From a phage, in NCBI GenBank assembly GCA_018015315.1, contig GCA_018015315.1_3629.1: a DNA stretch of 64,000 nucleotides, one strand, 5' to 3'. Shown one piece after another: positions 26,060-35,274 of the stretch. Below the pieces are notes generated by a model. That model was not told the origin of the DNA. It ran no database searches and saw only the letters and a list, made by a program, of their open reading frames with translations. Position numbers and translations under genes: made by a program. Each line of letters starts with the position of its first letter. Within the stretch, counting starts at the first letter, position 1.

Positions 26060-28042
26060 TTATTTGGTGTTATTCTTTGCATCGATCAGTTCACGGTATT
26101 CAATCATAGCAGGAGTGTCCCAGTATTTCAAGCCTACATGCTTCAAAAGTGGGTATTTCTTTTCCAATCTTGCAATATAGGCCTTCCCGCACTTGACTCG
26201 GTTGGCGATTAAGATTTTGGCACGATGATTTAGCTCACTGTGCTTCCACGTGGTGTTACCTTCCCACTTGTGGAAATGTGGCCGATAATTTCCAAAATCT
26301 TGCATGGGAATAATTTTCCCTAATTGTCTATACAGGCTGTCATAAGAAGTCTCATTTGCTGCACGGGTCAGTAAGAATTTCCAAGCATCCTCTTTCAACA
26401 GGTGCTCCACATTCTTCTCTGTAACATACTGGCAATCAGGATCAGTCCAAAGCAGACGAGATTCAGATACCAGGTACAGATCTTCACCTTCAGGAATCTG
26501 AAGTGCCGCACGCACACGGTCATAATCTTGCTGGTAGATGTTACTCATCTGCCCCAGCCAACAACTTCCACGTTGGATATCACCCTCATAAGGGATGCAG
26601 TGTTTAATCTTCCGGAACTCTGCCTTAGTAATACGCTCACGGCGGAAGTAACCATCCTTCTCAAGTTTTTTAACCCAATAGCCTGGCTCATAACGAGTTT
26701 TTGTTTCACATTTCTTGACAGGTCGGCGAGGGAGCTCTGATAACAATTTGACCGTATCTGCAAAGAACGGGTGGTGTGCCGCTTCTTTAAACTCTTCCAC
26801 CAGATCCGTGTTCCGGCAATAGAAAACGTTGCGTCCGGTGATCTCGCTTAAGTAGTTACACTTATTTCGGTTATATTTGCCGTCTCCGTCGTTAAATACA
26901 AGGTATACACCTCGTAAGAACTCCGACTTTCCGTAACGAGCATAGCCTATGCGGCCTTTATTTAAGCCGCCAGCGAAAATTTCACAATCACCTAAGTCGC
27001 CAAGCCCTGTTTCTTCCCAACGGTTCCACATAAAGTTTTTGCCGAAGATGTGTCCGAACACCCCACTATTCTTCATCATTTCACGTGCTTCTGCGGAGGT
27101 TTTTGCCGTCTCCAGTTCTGCAACAACTTCTGCCCCGCGAAGACGTATACCTTCTTTGACAAAGGCCTCCAGGCGATCCTGGAATCCACCGTCGTCATGG
27201 CCCTCTATGGTCCATTCACGCCCAGGGTTAATATTACAATCCCCAATAGGAATTTCCACGCAGATTGCAGGGTAATCGGTCAATGTCTCCAGGAACTTAG
27301 AGCGGTAAGGTTGGTGACCCATCACAACACGGCTCTCATCAGAACTGGTATAACCTTTCAGGATGGTCATTTTCCAGCCATCCTTCTCGTAATGATACTG
27401 TGCCTCAACCTTATCACCTTCTAACATCTTACTGGTCATGGGATCGGTGACGGTGAACGGAAACTTCGCATAGCGTAAGCACGATGCAATAGCAGTGCGA
27501 TATTTCAGGACATGCTCTTTCTTAACATGGAACTGAACTTTTACCCCGTTGTGCTCTTCAGTCTTCCGCTCGCGGATCTTGGTAACGTTTGGGATACCCT
27601 GATCCAAGAACAATAGATATGTGCTTTCAACACCATTATGCACACTGATCACATCGAAAGTGTCCACCATGCTGAACGGAGCCTTTGAACCAACACCTTT
27701 ATTACCTACCAGAGCGTTGCTGTTGCGCTTGGTTGACTCCCCGAGGTTCATGAAAGTGTTGCGGACCATCTCTTCTGACATGCCTAATCCGACGTCCTGC
27801 ACAAAGAAGTATGGTTCAAGGTCTGTAGGAGAGTGAATAATGATCGGTACATCACCCCGTCCAGACTCAACATGGGAGTCCACGGCGTTGAAGATTGGTT
27901 CACGGCAGCTTGCCAGCACCTTATCTTCGTAAATCCCTTTAATGATTAGCCCAAAAGTCTCTTTGTTCAGAGAAATTGAGCCCCTGGTGACCTCCATATT
28001 CCCGGTTAGTACCGCTTTAGTTTCATTACTGTTTACGATCAT
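26060..28042 (-). CDS. rIIA: rIIA-like protein (N-terminal GHKL-type ATPase fold)
   Basis: N-box REPIFNAVDSH, D/G-box VQDVGLGMS, G2 GNKGVGSKAPFS, aligning with recalled T4 rIIA N-terminus; ATGA overlap with upstream hydrolase gene. Confidence 0.8.
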   Translation of the reverse strand: MIVNSNETKAVLTGNMEVTRGSISLNKETFGLIIKGIYEDKVLASCREPIFNAVDSHVESGRGDVPIIIHSPTDLEPYFFVQDVGLGMSEEMVRNTFMNLGESTKRNSNALVGNKGVGSKAPFSMVDTFDVISVHNGVESTYLLFLDQGIPNVTKIRERKTEEHNGVKVQFHVKKEHVLKYRTAIASCLRYAKFPFTVTDPMTSKMLEGDKVEAQYHYEKDGWKMTILKGYTSSDESRVVMGHQPYRSKFLETLTDYPAICVEIPIGDCNINPGREWTIEGHDDGGFQDRLEAFVKEGIRLRGAEVVAELETAKTSAEAREMMKNSGVFGHIFGKNFMWNRWEETGLGDLGDCEIFAGGLNKGRIGYARYGKSEFLRGVYLVFNDGDGKYNRNKCNYLSEITGRNVFYCRNTDLVEEFKEAAHHPFFADTVKLLSELPRRPVKKCETKTRYEPGYWVKKLEKDGYFRRERITKAEFRKIKHCIPYEGDIQRGSCWLGQMSNIYQQDYDRVRAALQIPEGEDLYLVSESRLLWTDPDCQYVTEKNVEHLLKEDAWKFLLTRAANETSYDSLYRQLGKIIPMQDFGNYRPHFHKWEGNTTWKHSELNHRAKILIANRVKCGKAYIARLEKKYPLLKHVGLKYWDTPAMIEYRELIDAKNNTK

Positions 28043-28539
28043 TTATTGCGCTCCTTGTAGTAGATATGGCTCCCGAATTGAGCTGTCCTCTGCATCTTTT
28101 TTGCCCATTTCGGTCGTACTTTGGTTGTATGGTAGTGTGTTGCTCCACCTGTTATATCCATAGCCATGTATGCAACATGGTTGTTATTATAGACTTTTAG
28201 AAGCATCTTTGCAAGACTTTTAGCGTGATCCCATGAATCTTTTTCTGTCACCTTAAAAGTTTTGCCGTGGTTTGTCCACGAAAACTGGTTAGGTTGGTAG
28301 ACAATCTTTCTTATAGTGTCTGGGTATTTGGGGTGAGATTTCCTGTTTAGGGTGGCAAACCCAGATGCCAGCATACCCATCGTGCCATCCCCTCTAGCTT
28401 CCCTGTAGATATTGCATGCTAGAATGTTTTCCTTAGTATCTGATGGCTTGCAAGTATGGTATACTTTTTGTTTTGGTGCTGCAACAACAGGCAGCGATAA
28501 AAATGCGCTCAAAATAATAGCAAAGATCTTAATTTTCAC
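28039..28539 (-). CDS. secreted cell-wall hydrolase, SleB-like domain with signal peptide
   Basis: N-terminal MKIKIFAIILSAFLSLPVVAAP; motif NIYREARGDG typical of SleB/Hydrolase_2; GTG start with GGAG SD; co-directional with rIIA/rIIB. Confidence 0.7.
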   Translation of the reverse strand: MKIKIFAIILSAFLSLPVVAAPKQKVYHTCKPSDTKENILACNIYREARGDGTMGMLASGFATLNRKSHPKYPDTIRKIVYQPNQFSWTNHGKTFKVTEKDSWDHAKSLAKMLLKVYNNNHVAYMAMDITGGATHYHTTKVRPKWAKKMQRTAQFGSHIYYKERNK

Positions 28540-28540
28540 A

Positions 28541-28566
28541 ATAACTCCAAATAGAAAATCCCCGCC
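28541..28566 (-). terminator. intrinsic terminator, UUCG-loop family
   Basis: CCCCGC-UUCG-GCGGGG then AUUUUCUAUUU. Confidence 0.55.
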
Positions 28567-28587
28567 GAAGCGGGGTGGTCTTAGAAA

Positions 28588-28968
28588 TTAATCGTAGTGT
28601 GCCAAAATCTCTCCATCGTTGCAAGTTCCCTCTACAAAGTTATGAAGATTCATGCACTCATCTTGATAGAAGAATTTACCGCTTTTCAGCCGTAAGCCAA
28701 ACAACTCCGCATCTCCACGATGGCAAGCCTCTACAAGTTCATAGATTTCATACGGCAACTCTCCGTCGTCATGGAAGAACCCAGCCTTATCGTTGACATA
28801 GATGAAGAAATAATCACTGCTATCGCAAGCGTCCAATATTTTAAACCAGATTTCATCTACATCTTTTTCTCGGATATCGATCACGCAAGTGGAGCTGCAT
28901 TCGTACTCCTTCTCCGGCTCCTCGGTCAATACCACCAGGTAGTTTCCCCGCTTACCTACTTTAGCCAT
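28588..28968 (-). CDS. hypothetical protein (126 aa)
   Basis: ORF track; terminator 28541-28566 follows. Confidence 0.5.
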   Translation of the reverse strand: MAKVGKRGNYLVVLTEEPEKEYECSSTCVIDIREKDVDEIWFKILDACDSSDYFFIYVNDKAGFFHDDGELPYEIYELVEACHRGDAELFGLRLKSGKFFYQDECMNLHNFVEGTCNDGEILAHYD

Positions 28969-28977
28969 ACAACCTCC

Positions 28978-30162
28978 TTAAGCTTTAGCCAAAATGGCGC
29001 TAAACTCTTCACCAAACTCTTTTACAATCTTCATCAGGTTTGGGTATGCTTTGATCAGCTGAGCAACAATCTTGTCACGACCTTTACCGATAAGCAAGGC
29101 ATTTCCTAAGGCATTAGGTTTCATCATCGCCATAAAGACTGAGAATACAAAATCTCGGTTCTCGTCCTTGAAGTTTTCCCAAAGGAAATCGAGGAAGTTT
29201 GCCACGCAGCTGACAAGATCTTCGTCTGAGATACTTGCATTTTCCATCATATTACGAATAGCGATACAACCTTCAGATCCAAGAATCCACAAGATGTCTG
29301 GCTGTTTAGGACCTACGTATTCTTTGCAACCTCCTGCCATAATCCGACCGATTTCCGGTAAGTTGCGTTTCTTGGTGTGGTAAGTCCAGATCTCTACCGC
29401 TGCAGTGTGACCAATAGCGCCTTGCAGAAGAACACGGGCCATAGCGTCAGAAATAATACCACTGTCAAAATCGTGCAAAATATCAGATGCAGCAACCCAA
29501 GATCGCGGTGTGGCAAAAGATGGACAATTAATCTCAGCCATGGCCTCATAATTATCGATAGCTGATGGAACTCTTTTCAGATATCCAATTACAGAGGAGT
29601 GCACCCCATTAAGGAATGCGTAGTCCTCAATAAACACCTCTGCATTGCTTGTAACTTCTACAATGATAAAACGGTTAGCCAGAGGGGCTTCGAGCGCCGA
29701 AAGAACCGCACCATCTGTAGAACGGTTACCAGCAGCCACAAAAACAGAGCCTTTAGGGAATGCATAGGTGCCGCACTTGTGGTCGAGCATAATTTGCATT
29801 GCAACCTTTTGCAGGTAGTTATCTGCATGAGTGAGCTCATCAAGAAAGATAATTCCGCTCCAGTCAGGATCCGCAGGCCAAAATTCTGGAATTGCAAACA
29901 CTGTACGTGTAGTTCCATCCGCTTCTACAGGGATAGGTAGCCCAGATAAGTCGGCAGGATCTTTATCTGACAGCCGCACGTCAACCAGGTTGTCATCTCG
30001 CTCACCGAACATATTGTCGGCGATCTGCTTCATCACCTGGCTCTTTCCCACGCCCATTGGTCCTAAAATCAGGACAGATCGGTTATGACGCTGGGCAAAC
30101 TGAATGATAGCTGGCAACTCACGGACAGTGATTTGACCACTTTCAAATACGTTTCTTGACAT
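28978..30162 (-). CDS. MoxR/CbbQ-like AAA+ ATPase
   Basis: Walker A GPMGVGKS; Walker B IIFLDELTHAD; 394 aa. Confidence 0.75.
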   Translation of the reverse strand: MSRNVFESGQITVRELPAIIQFAQRHNRSVLILGPMGVGKSQVMKQIADNMFGERDDNLVDVRLSDKDPADLSGLPIPVEADGTTRTVFAIPEFWPADPDWSGIIFLDELTHADNYLQKVAMQIMLDHKCGTYAFPKGSVFVAAGNRSTDGAVLSALEAPLANRFIIVEVTSNAEVFIEDYAFLNGVHSSVIGYLKRVPSAIDNYEAMAEINCPSFATPRSWVAASDILHDFDSGIISDAMARVLLQGAIGHTAAVEIWTYHTKKRNLPEIGRIMAGGCKEYVGPKQPDILWILGSEGCIAIRNMMENASISDEDLVSCVANFLDFLWENFKDENRDFVFSVFMAMMKPNALGNALLIGKGRDKIVAQLIKAYPNLMKIVKEFGEEFSAILAKA

Positions 30163-30431
30163 TAGTAAAAGTCCTCTACTTGTGTGTAAGTGTTTTCAAA
30201 GTTTTCCAAAACAGATATCACATCGGATATGTCAATATCATACGTGACTCTCCAGTTGTACGCAACCCTTTCTGCTGTTGCCTCTTCTGGCGCTAGTCGT
30301 CTGCTGGCATAAAAGAGTGTTGGAGTACACTTTCTTGCTTGCCCTCTAACTTTCCCATAATAATATCTGTGGATATCTTTGTCAAAATTTAACTCTTTTT
30401 CTGCACGAAGTTCATATTGCTGGTATAACAT
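30162..30431 (-). CDS. hypothetical protein (89 aa)
   Basis: ORF track. Confidence 0.45.
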   Translation of the reverse strand: MLYQQYELRAEKELNFDKDIHRYYYGKVRGQARKCTPTLFYASRRLAPEEATAERVAYNWRVTYDIDISDVISVLENFENTYTQVEDFY

Positions 30432-30475
30432 CTCTACTACTCCTTAAGCAGCATCCTTGCCGCCATTCCTGCCCA

Positions 30476-30856
30476 CTAAAATGCAGTCCGAATCCAGACA
30501 AGGTTCTTATCTGCCCAATCATAGAGGCAAGTCATTGCACTATTGAATTGCTCACACGGAGGATAATCTTCTTCCATCTGGCGCATAGCAGAGCCTTGTG
30601 GGTAAAGCTCCCGTGCTGCAAACCACGCATCGTAGTCATCCACGGTATCGAAGTAGTATACAACATCCTCCAACTCAGGATCGAACTTTGAATTATCAGG
30701 ATCCAGTTGTTCAGGGAACTTGGAGCGTAACTTGCCAGCCACAATGCTTGCCAACTCGCTAACATGCTTATTGTCCCACTCCGCTAGTTTCCCGTCTTCA
30801 GTGATGCGTCCTAACCACTGATCATGCAGGTCAATTGTTGTCTTCCACCGGGCCAT
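30476..30856 (-). CDS. hypothetical protein (126 aa)
   Basis: ORF track. Confidence 0.5.
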   Translation of the reverse strand: MARWKTTIDLHDQWLGRITEDGKLAEWDNKHVSELASIVAGKLRSKFPEQLDPDNSKFDPELEDVVYYFDTVDDYDAWFAARELYPQGSAMRQMEEDYPPCEQFNSAMTCLYDWADKNLVWIRTAF

Positions 30857-30858
30857 TA

Positions 30859-31116
30859 TCAGTCCACCTCTTCTTCTCGTTGTAGTTCAAGATACCCGTA
30901 GGTCTGGACATCTTGAAGGGTGTGGAACTCTCCATCTGCCGCTAAGGCACGAACAACTTGGCACAAAACCTTATGAGGAACTTCATCCAGACCCAGATTC
31001 AGTGCAGGAAACACCTTATCTAAGTCAACAAAATAAACAAACTGTAGCTCACCAGCTTCAAAAGGTGTATCTTCAATAAACATCTTCTCGGCATTAGTCA
31101 AGATCTGCACTTTCAT
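30859..31116 (-). CDS. hypothetical protein (85 aa)
   Basis: ORF track. Confidence 0.45.
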   Translation of the reverse strand: MKVQILTNAEKMFIEDTPFEAGELQFVYFVDLDKVFPALNLGLDEVPHKVLCQVVRALAADGEFHTLQDVQTYGYLELQREEEVD

Positions 31117-31472
31117 TATTCTACCTCCTCTTCTTTTTCTTCGGCATTAGTTTCAGTGCTACCCCACTCTGGAGTTTCCACCTCGATAGTAAACTCACGT
31201 ACTACACGGTAATTGCCCATGAAGCGCTCCACTTCGTCAAGGCTTACGGAGAAGCCATTGGCAACCAGGTCTGCAGCACCCTCTTCTACCAGGTAGTCCA
31301 GATTGGCTTCCAAAGCTTCAGGCTCAAACCCTGTTAATGCAATCAGATAACCTTCCCCTTCATCAGGGAGGACAATACATCCCAACTGATTTTCTTTGAA
31401 AAGGCAGTGACCATCATTATTGATTGGGTGTTCATTGCAGTAAATAGCTGCACGATAAGTAACTTTAGACAT
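31116..31472 (-). CDS. hypothetical protein starting MSKVTYRA (about 118 aa)
   Basis: ORF 31116..31493 trimmed to ATG at 31472 with SD AAGGAG 8 nt upstream; start region lies in the 29-bp inverted repeat. Confidence 0.5.
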   Translation of the reverse strand: MSKVTYRAAIYCNEHPINNDGHCLFKENQLGCIVLPDEGEGYLIALTGFEPEALEANLDYLVEEGAADLVANGFSVSLDEVERFMGNYRVVREFTIEVETPEWGSTETNAEEKEEEVE

Positions 31473-31477
31473 CGGTA
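31449..31477. repeat. 29-bp perfect inverted repeat, left copy
   Basis: Reverse complement equals TACCGATGTCTAAAGTTACTTATCGTGCA; spans start codon and first 8 codons of gene 31116..31472. Confidence 0.85.
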
Positions 31478-31485
31478 AGGTCTCC

Positions 31486-31764
31486 TTAGGCAATTGTCAT
31501 TTTACATTCTTGAAATTTTAACACAAGACGGTGATTGTGTCTAGTGTCTAAAAAGATTTTTTCAACCATCAGGCACACGGTATAACCGTCCATCTTGTTG
31601 ACAACAAAATCTCCAGGATGAGGGAGGATGTCTCCCGGATTGGGGAAACATAGTCCACTCAGAAAGGCATCGTCAGTGGTGGACTTAATAGATTTCCACA
31701 CACTGTCTGCCTGAACATGTTCACCGACGTAATATACATTACCACATGCCTTCATCATAGTCAA
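31486..31764 (-). CDS. hypothetical protein (92 aa)
   Basis: ORF track. Confidence 0.45.
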   Translation of the reverse strand: MTMMKACGNVYYVGEHVQADSVWKSIKSTTDDAFLSGLCFPNPGDILPHPGDFVVNKMDGYTVCLMVEKIFLDTRHNHRLVLKFQECKMTIA

Positions 31765-32660
31765 ACCCTCGCATAAATTAAACTTGTATCAGTATACTTC
31801 TTTAATGGGTAAATATCCTGTCCATAGATGCAATCATTAAACACCTCATCTACCCAAAGGCTACACTTATATCCCATCATTTCTAAAACACCCATCTCTT
31901 CTTCGGTAAACTTATCACCGCTCTTGCAAGATGTCAATACCTCATTCTGAACTCTTGCTACCTCGAAGCGGTTATTGGAAATATCGCTATTGGCGATCAA
32001 ATACTCACCTAGAGGGTGTGCGGCATTAAAGATGCACAGTGGACGGCTGACGTAATAGTCTCCGGGTGTATAAAAATTGTTGAGGTCTTTCACTAGAACA
32101 TTCTTATCAGTCACTTCATTTATAACATCATGCATATCGCACATCTTTATATGTTTGAGGATTCCATCCCCCGTCACAAAATAAAAACTTGCTGAGACAC
32201 TTTCGGCATAGATCTTACTAGATCCGTTGTAGTTGTATTTTACTCGGATGCTAACGGGGGTTTTTCCTGTCGCGTTAGCCATCATCCAAAGAAATGGCAG
32301 CTCATACTTCTCCTCTGAGGAAACAAAAGGTGAGGTAGCCAGAGATCGAAAACCTCCAGAGAAGTTGAAAGTTACAGAACCGCTCCGGCGGTATGATACC
32401 GCGTATTCTACTTTTATATCGACGTACCCATTGGAATAGGTGTGTCCTTCATTATCTAAATATGTCCACTTATCAGACCCAGATACCAATCTACGCTCAA
32501 TAACCTTCATCACTACAGGAATTAGTGGGTTGGTACAAACCGCTTTTGAAGTAGCTTTATCATCTAAAGCCTCGTAAATTGCAGAAAGGATGTCCCCAGC
32601 TGAAAGATTGGTTGTTATGTCCTGTTTCCACCGCGTACTAAAACTGTTAAGATTTGCCAT
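31761..32660 (-). CDS. hypothetical protein (299 aa)
   Basis: ORF track; driven by minus promoter 32701-32729; SD AGGAG. Confidence 0.6.
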   Translation of the reverse strand: MANLNSFSTRWKQDITTNLSAGDILSAIYEALDDKATSKAVCTNPLIPVVMKVIERRLVSGSDKWTYLDNEGHTYSNGYVDIKVEYAVSYRRSGSVTFNFSGGFRSLATSPFVSSEEKYELPFLWMMANATGKTPVSIRVKYNYNGSSKIYAESVSASFYFVTGDGILKHIKMCDMHDVINEVTDKNVLVKDLNNFYTPGDYYVSRPLCIFNAAHPLGEYLIANSDISNNRFEVARVQNEVLTSCKSGDKFTEEEMGVLEMMGYKCSLWVDEVFNDCIYGQDIYPLKKYTDTSLIYARV

Positions 32661-32700
32661 GAGGGAGTGCTCCTATGTTAGTTTTATTTCTAATGGGTGC

Positions 32701-32729
32701 ACTATATCGGAGATTTAGAGTAAAGTCAA
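32701..32729 (-). promoter_or_regulatory. sigma70-type promoter, leftward arm of divergent pair
   Basis: -35 TTGACT, 17-nt spacer, -10 TATAGT; reads into gene 31761..32660. Confidence 0.5.
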
Positions 32730-32742
32730 CACGTTTTTGATG

Positions 32743-32771
32743 TTGACATCTATTGAAACAATTGATACGAT
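32743..32771 (+). promoter_or_regulatory. sigma70-type promoter, rightward arm of divergent pair
   Basis: -35 TTGACA, 17-nt spacer, -10 TACGAT; reads into HNH-like gene. Confidence 0.5.
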
Positions 32772-32802
32772 TTCTTCACTTACAGAGCACGAGAGACAAC
32801 TC

Positions 32803-33780
32803 ATGAATCTTGAAAAATATTATACACCAGAAGAGTTAGAGCGCCTGCTCAAAAAATATAGACGCAAACAGAATAATGCACGGAAACGAGATATAGAGTT
32901 CGACCTGTCATGGGAAGAATACCTCCTATTTGGTAAAAAACTTTTAGGAGATGGAGTATGCGACTATACCCTTATACCTTTTGACATGCACACAGATGAA
33001 AACGGGCTGGGAAATCCTTTCTACCCATCTCTGGAGCGGATAGATGATGAAGGTCCTTATGCGGTTGATAACTGTTGTGTAGTGGGATTGAGATGCAACT
33101 CTCTAAAGGACTGTCTGGTAGATAAAAAGACTGCAGTCTTGATTAAAGACGAAACTGATCGAAAAATTGTCCAGCAGATGATGCTCCACCTGAGCGAAGA
33201 GCGTATGGAGAAATTGAAAGGTGATTATACTTTTGAAGATTTCATCTTGCAATATGGAACGGAAGAGGATAAACTAGCACTCTTTGACGAAGAAGAGGAG
33301 GAAGATATGCTACCGATGTCTAAAGTTACTTATCGTGCACCCAAGAAGCACATTTCCGACATTGTAAACGAGCCTATCACAGAAGAGATTGAAGAAATGA
33401 CGCAACAGGTGCATGAAGAGGAAAAAGAGACTCAGGAGGTCGAAGAGGAGCTTACAGAAGAGGTTCCTGCACTACCTGATGATGTTGAGATTGCCAAAGC
33501 TTACACTTTCTATTGTCAAACGTTCTACGATGTAGGTATGAAAGTTGATCTGTCGTTCAGCCAATTTAAGAGTTCGTATATTCGCAAATGCTGTGCTTTA
33601 ACTGGTGAACGTCTTGGAGCTGGACTTAAACCCCTGTTGGTGACCGACTGGAATAAAGGTTTCACTAAAGGAAACTTTATGGTAGTATCTCCAATTATGG
33701 AGAAAGCTATGACAGATCTTATGAAGACCACCCGCATGACAATGACCGAGTTGGCAGGTATTTTCAAACACGTTAAATAA
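32803..33780 (+). CDS. HNH-endonuclease-like protein with two tandem degenerate HNH-type domains
   Basis: SLERIDDEGPYAVDNCCVVGLRCNSLK and weaker repeat VTDWNKGFTKGNFMVVSPIMEK; acidic linker carries internal SD+ATG (MSKVTYRA) inside the 29-bp inverted repeat; start set to MNLEKYY because track start overlaps promoter. Confidence 0.55.
   Translation: MNLEKYYTPEELERLLKKYRRKQNNARKRDIEFDLSWEEYLLFGKKLLGDGVCDYTLIPFDMHTDENGLGNPFYPSLERIDDEGPYAVDNCCVVGLRCNSLKDCLVDKKTAVLIKDETDRKIVQQMMLHLSEERMEKLKGDYTFEDFILQYGTEEDKLALFDEEEEEDMLPMSKVTYRAPKKHISDIVNEPITEEIEEMTQQVHEEEKETQEVEEELTEEVPALPDDVEIAKAYTFYCQTFYDVGMKVDLSFSQFKSSYIRKCCALTGERLGAGLKPLLVTDWNKGFTKGNFMVVSPIMEKAMTDLMKTTRMTMTELAGIFKHVK
33311..33339. repeat. 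29-bp perfect inverted repeat, right copy
   Basis: TACCGATGTCTAAAGTTACTTATCGTGCA inside HNH-like ORF, encoding LPMSKVTYRA after SD-like GAGGAGGAAGA. Confidence 0.85.
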
Positions 33781-33813
33781 TGACAGGGGCCAATGGCCCC
33801 TTCTGGAGTTTTA

Positions 33814-35274
33814 ATGGATATCAGAAGTTCAGAAATCATTGCCTCACAAAAAGATGATGCCCTGAGAATGTTGCAGGCTGCACGTATGTATCTCCTTGAA
33901 AAGCTGCCGTTTTATGGCACACTGCTGTCAGGATTGCAGTTCGTAGAAAACCATACATGGTGCTCCACCATGGCAACCGACCATAAACGCATCTATTACA
34001 GTCCTGAGTTCATTATGGGGTTGGCTGATGAACGTAAGGCTATTCTTAAGGCTTCTCTAACTGACGAGCAGTTTGAGATGGCTGAGGTTTTCTATTCCCC
34101 CAAATCTGTGAAAGAGGTGGCCTTTCTTCTGTCGCATGAGGTGGGGCATATTATCTGTGATCACCTGGTCCGTGGTAAAAGCTTTGAGCCGGAACTGTTC
34201 AATATTGCTTGTGATCACGTTATCAACACAGGACTTGTGGTTGACTTTAGCAAGCCTCCTTGTGTTTTCTTCCCGAAGGGGAAAAGCACTACGTTCGTGA
34301 AAGGTAAGCCTTTTGGCTTCTTAGCCAGCTGCTACTGCGATATGAAGTTTCATGGATGGATTGCTGAGAACGTTTATGCAGTTCTTGATAAGCAAAGAGA
34401 TCAGAATAACGGTAAAAGTAAGAACGGTAAAGGTGAGAACTCTCAAGGTGATAAGCGACAAACAGATGATCACATGAGTGGGAACGGTGGCACCAGTGAT
34501 GATCTTGGAAAAGCTATAGGGTATGATCAGCCACAACCTGTAATCAGCCAATCTGATAAAGATCAGGCCATGCAGGACTCTGGTGATATGCTGGAGGCAG
34601 CAATGCAAGCGTCCGGAGGCCGTTGCCCCGAGGCGGTGCGTGAGTTTGTCAAGAACAGAGGTAAGCCTGTAATCAACTATATAGACATCATTAAGCAACG
34701 CATGTTGTCTAAACGAAAGGCTGAACTGACCTACAGAAAACCTGGTCGCCGATCTGGGTCTTTGACCAGCACAATGCGAAAAGTTGGGGCTATAAACAAG
34801 AACCAGCACGTTATTGTTCCTGGTCGTAATCCGGAAAACACTATAGATATTGTGGTGGCTTTAGACGTTTCTGGCTCGATCTCTCAAAGAACTTTAAAGA
34901 AAATGTTCAATGAAATCACCGGATTGTGCAATCTGTATAAAGAGTTTAAGGTTACAATGTTCTGTTGGTCAACTGAGGTTGGAGAGGTTAAAGTATACAC
35001 TCGCGGCAACATAGACGAGATGATTAACTATGAGGTCCACTCAACATGGGGCACAACAGCTGCTTGCGTGTTCGAGTATCTGGATGCCAACATACCGAAT
35101 GCAAAAGATGTCATCGTCCTGACCGACCTATACTTTGAGCATAACTTTGAACAAAAGGTTGTTGACAACAAGTGGAAAAAGTACGATACTTTATGGGTTC
35201 TAACCGAAGGGTATAATAAAAATTATATCCCGAGCTTTGGGAAAACTGTGGAATTAATCGAGTACGCTAAGTAA
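33814..35274 (+). CDS. metallopeptidase-like + von Willebrand factor A domain protein
   Basis: HExxH motif LSHEVGHIICDH; MIDAS motif VVALDVSGSIS; start MDIRSSEII with GGAG SD. Confidence 0.75.
   Translation: MDIRSSEIIASQKDDALRMLQAARMYLLEKLPFYGTLLSGLQFVENHTWCSTMATDHKRIYYSPEFIMGLADERKAILKASLTDEQFEMAEVFYSPKSVKEVAFLLSHEVGHIICDHLVRGKSFEPELFNIACDHVINTGLVVDFSKPPCVFFPKGKSTTFVKGKPFGFLASCYCDMKFHGWIAENVYAVLDKQRDQNNGKSKNGKGENSQGDKRQTDDHMSGNGGTSDDLGKAIGYDQPQPVISQSDKDQAMQDSGDMLEAAMQASGGRCPEAVREFVKNRGKPVINYIDIIKQRMLSKRKAELTYRKPGRRSGSLTSTMRKVGAINKNQHVIVPGRNPENTIDIVVALDVSGSISQRTLKKMFNEITGLCNLYKEFKVTMFCWSTEVGEVKVYTRGNIDEMINYEVHSTWGTTAACVFEYLDANIPNAKDVIVLTDLYFEHNFEQKVVDNKWKKYDTLWVLTEGYNKNYIPSFGKTVELIEYAK

Noticed and set aside
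33784-33802. Hairpin AGGGGCC-aat-GGCCCCT as a plus-strand terminator
   Set aside because: No convincing U-tract before the SD/ATG of the VWA gene; more likely a structural element or weak attenuator.
34321-34809. 162-aa minus ORF inside VWA gene
   Set aside because: Antisense to the VWA/metallopeptidase gene, which has clear motifs.
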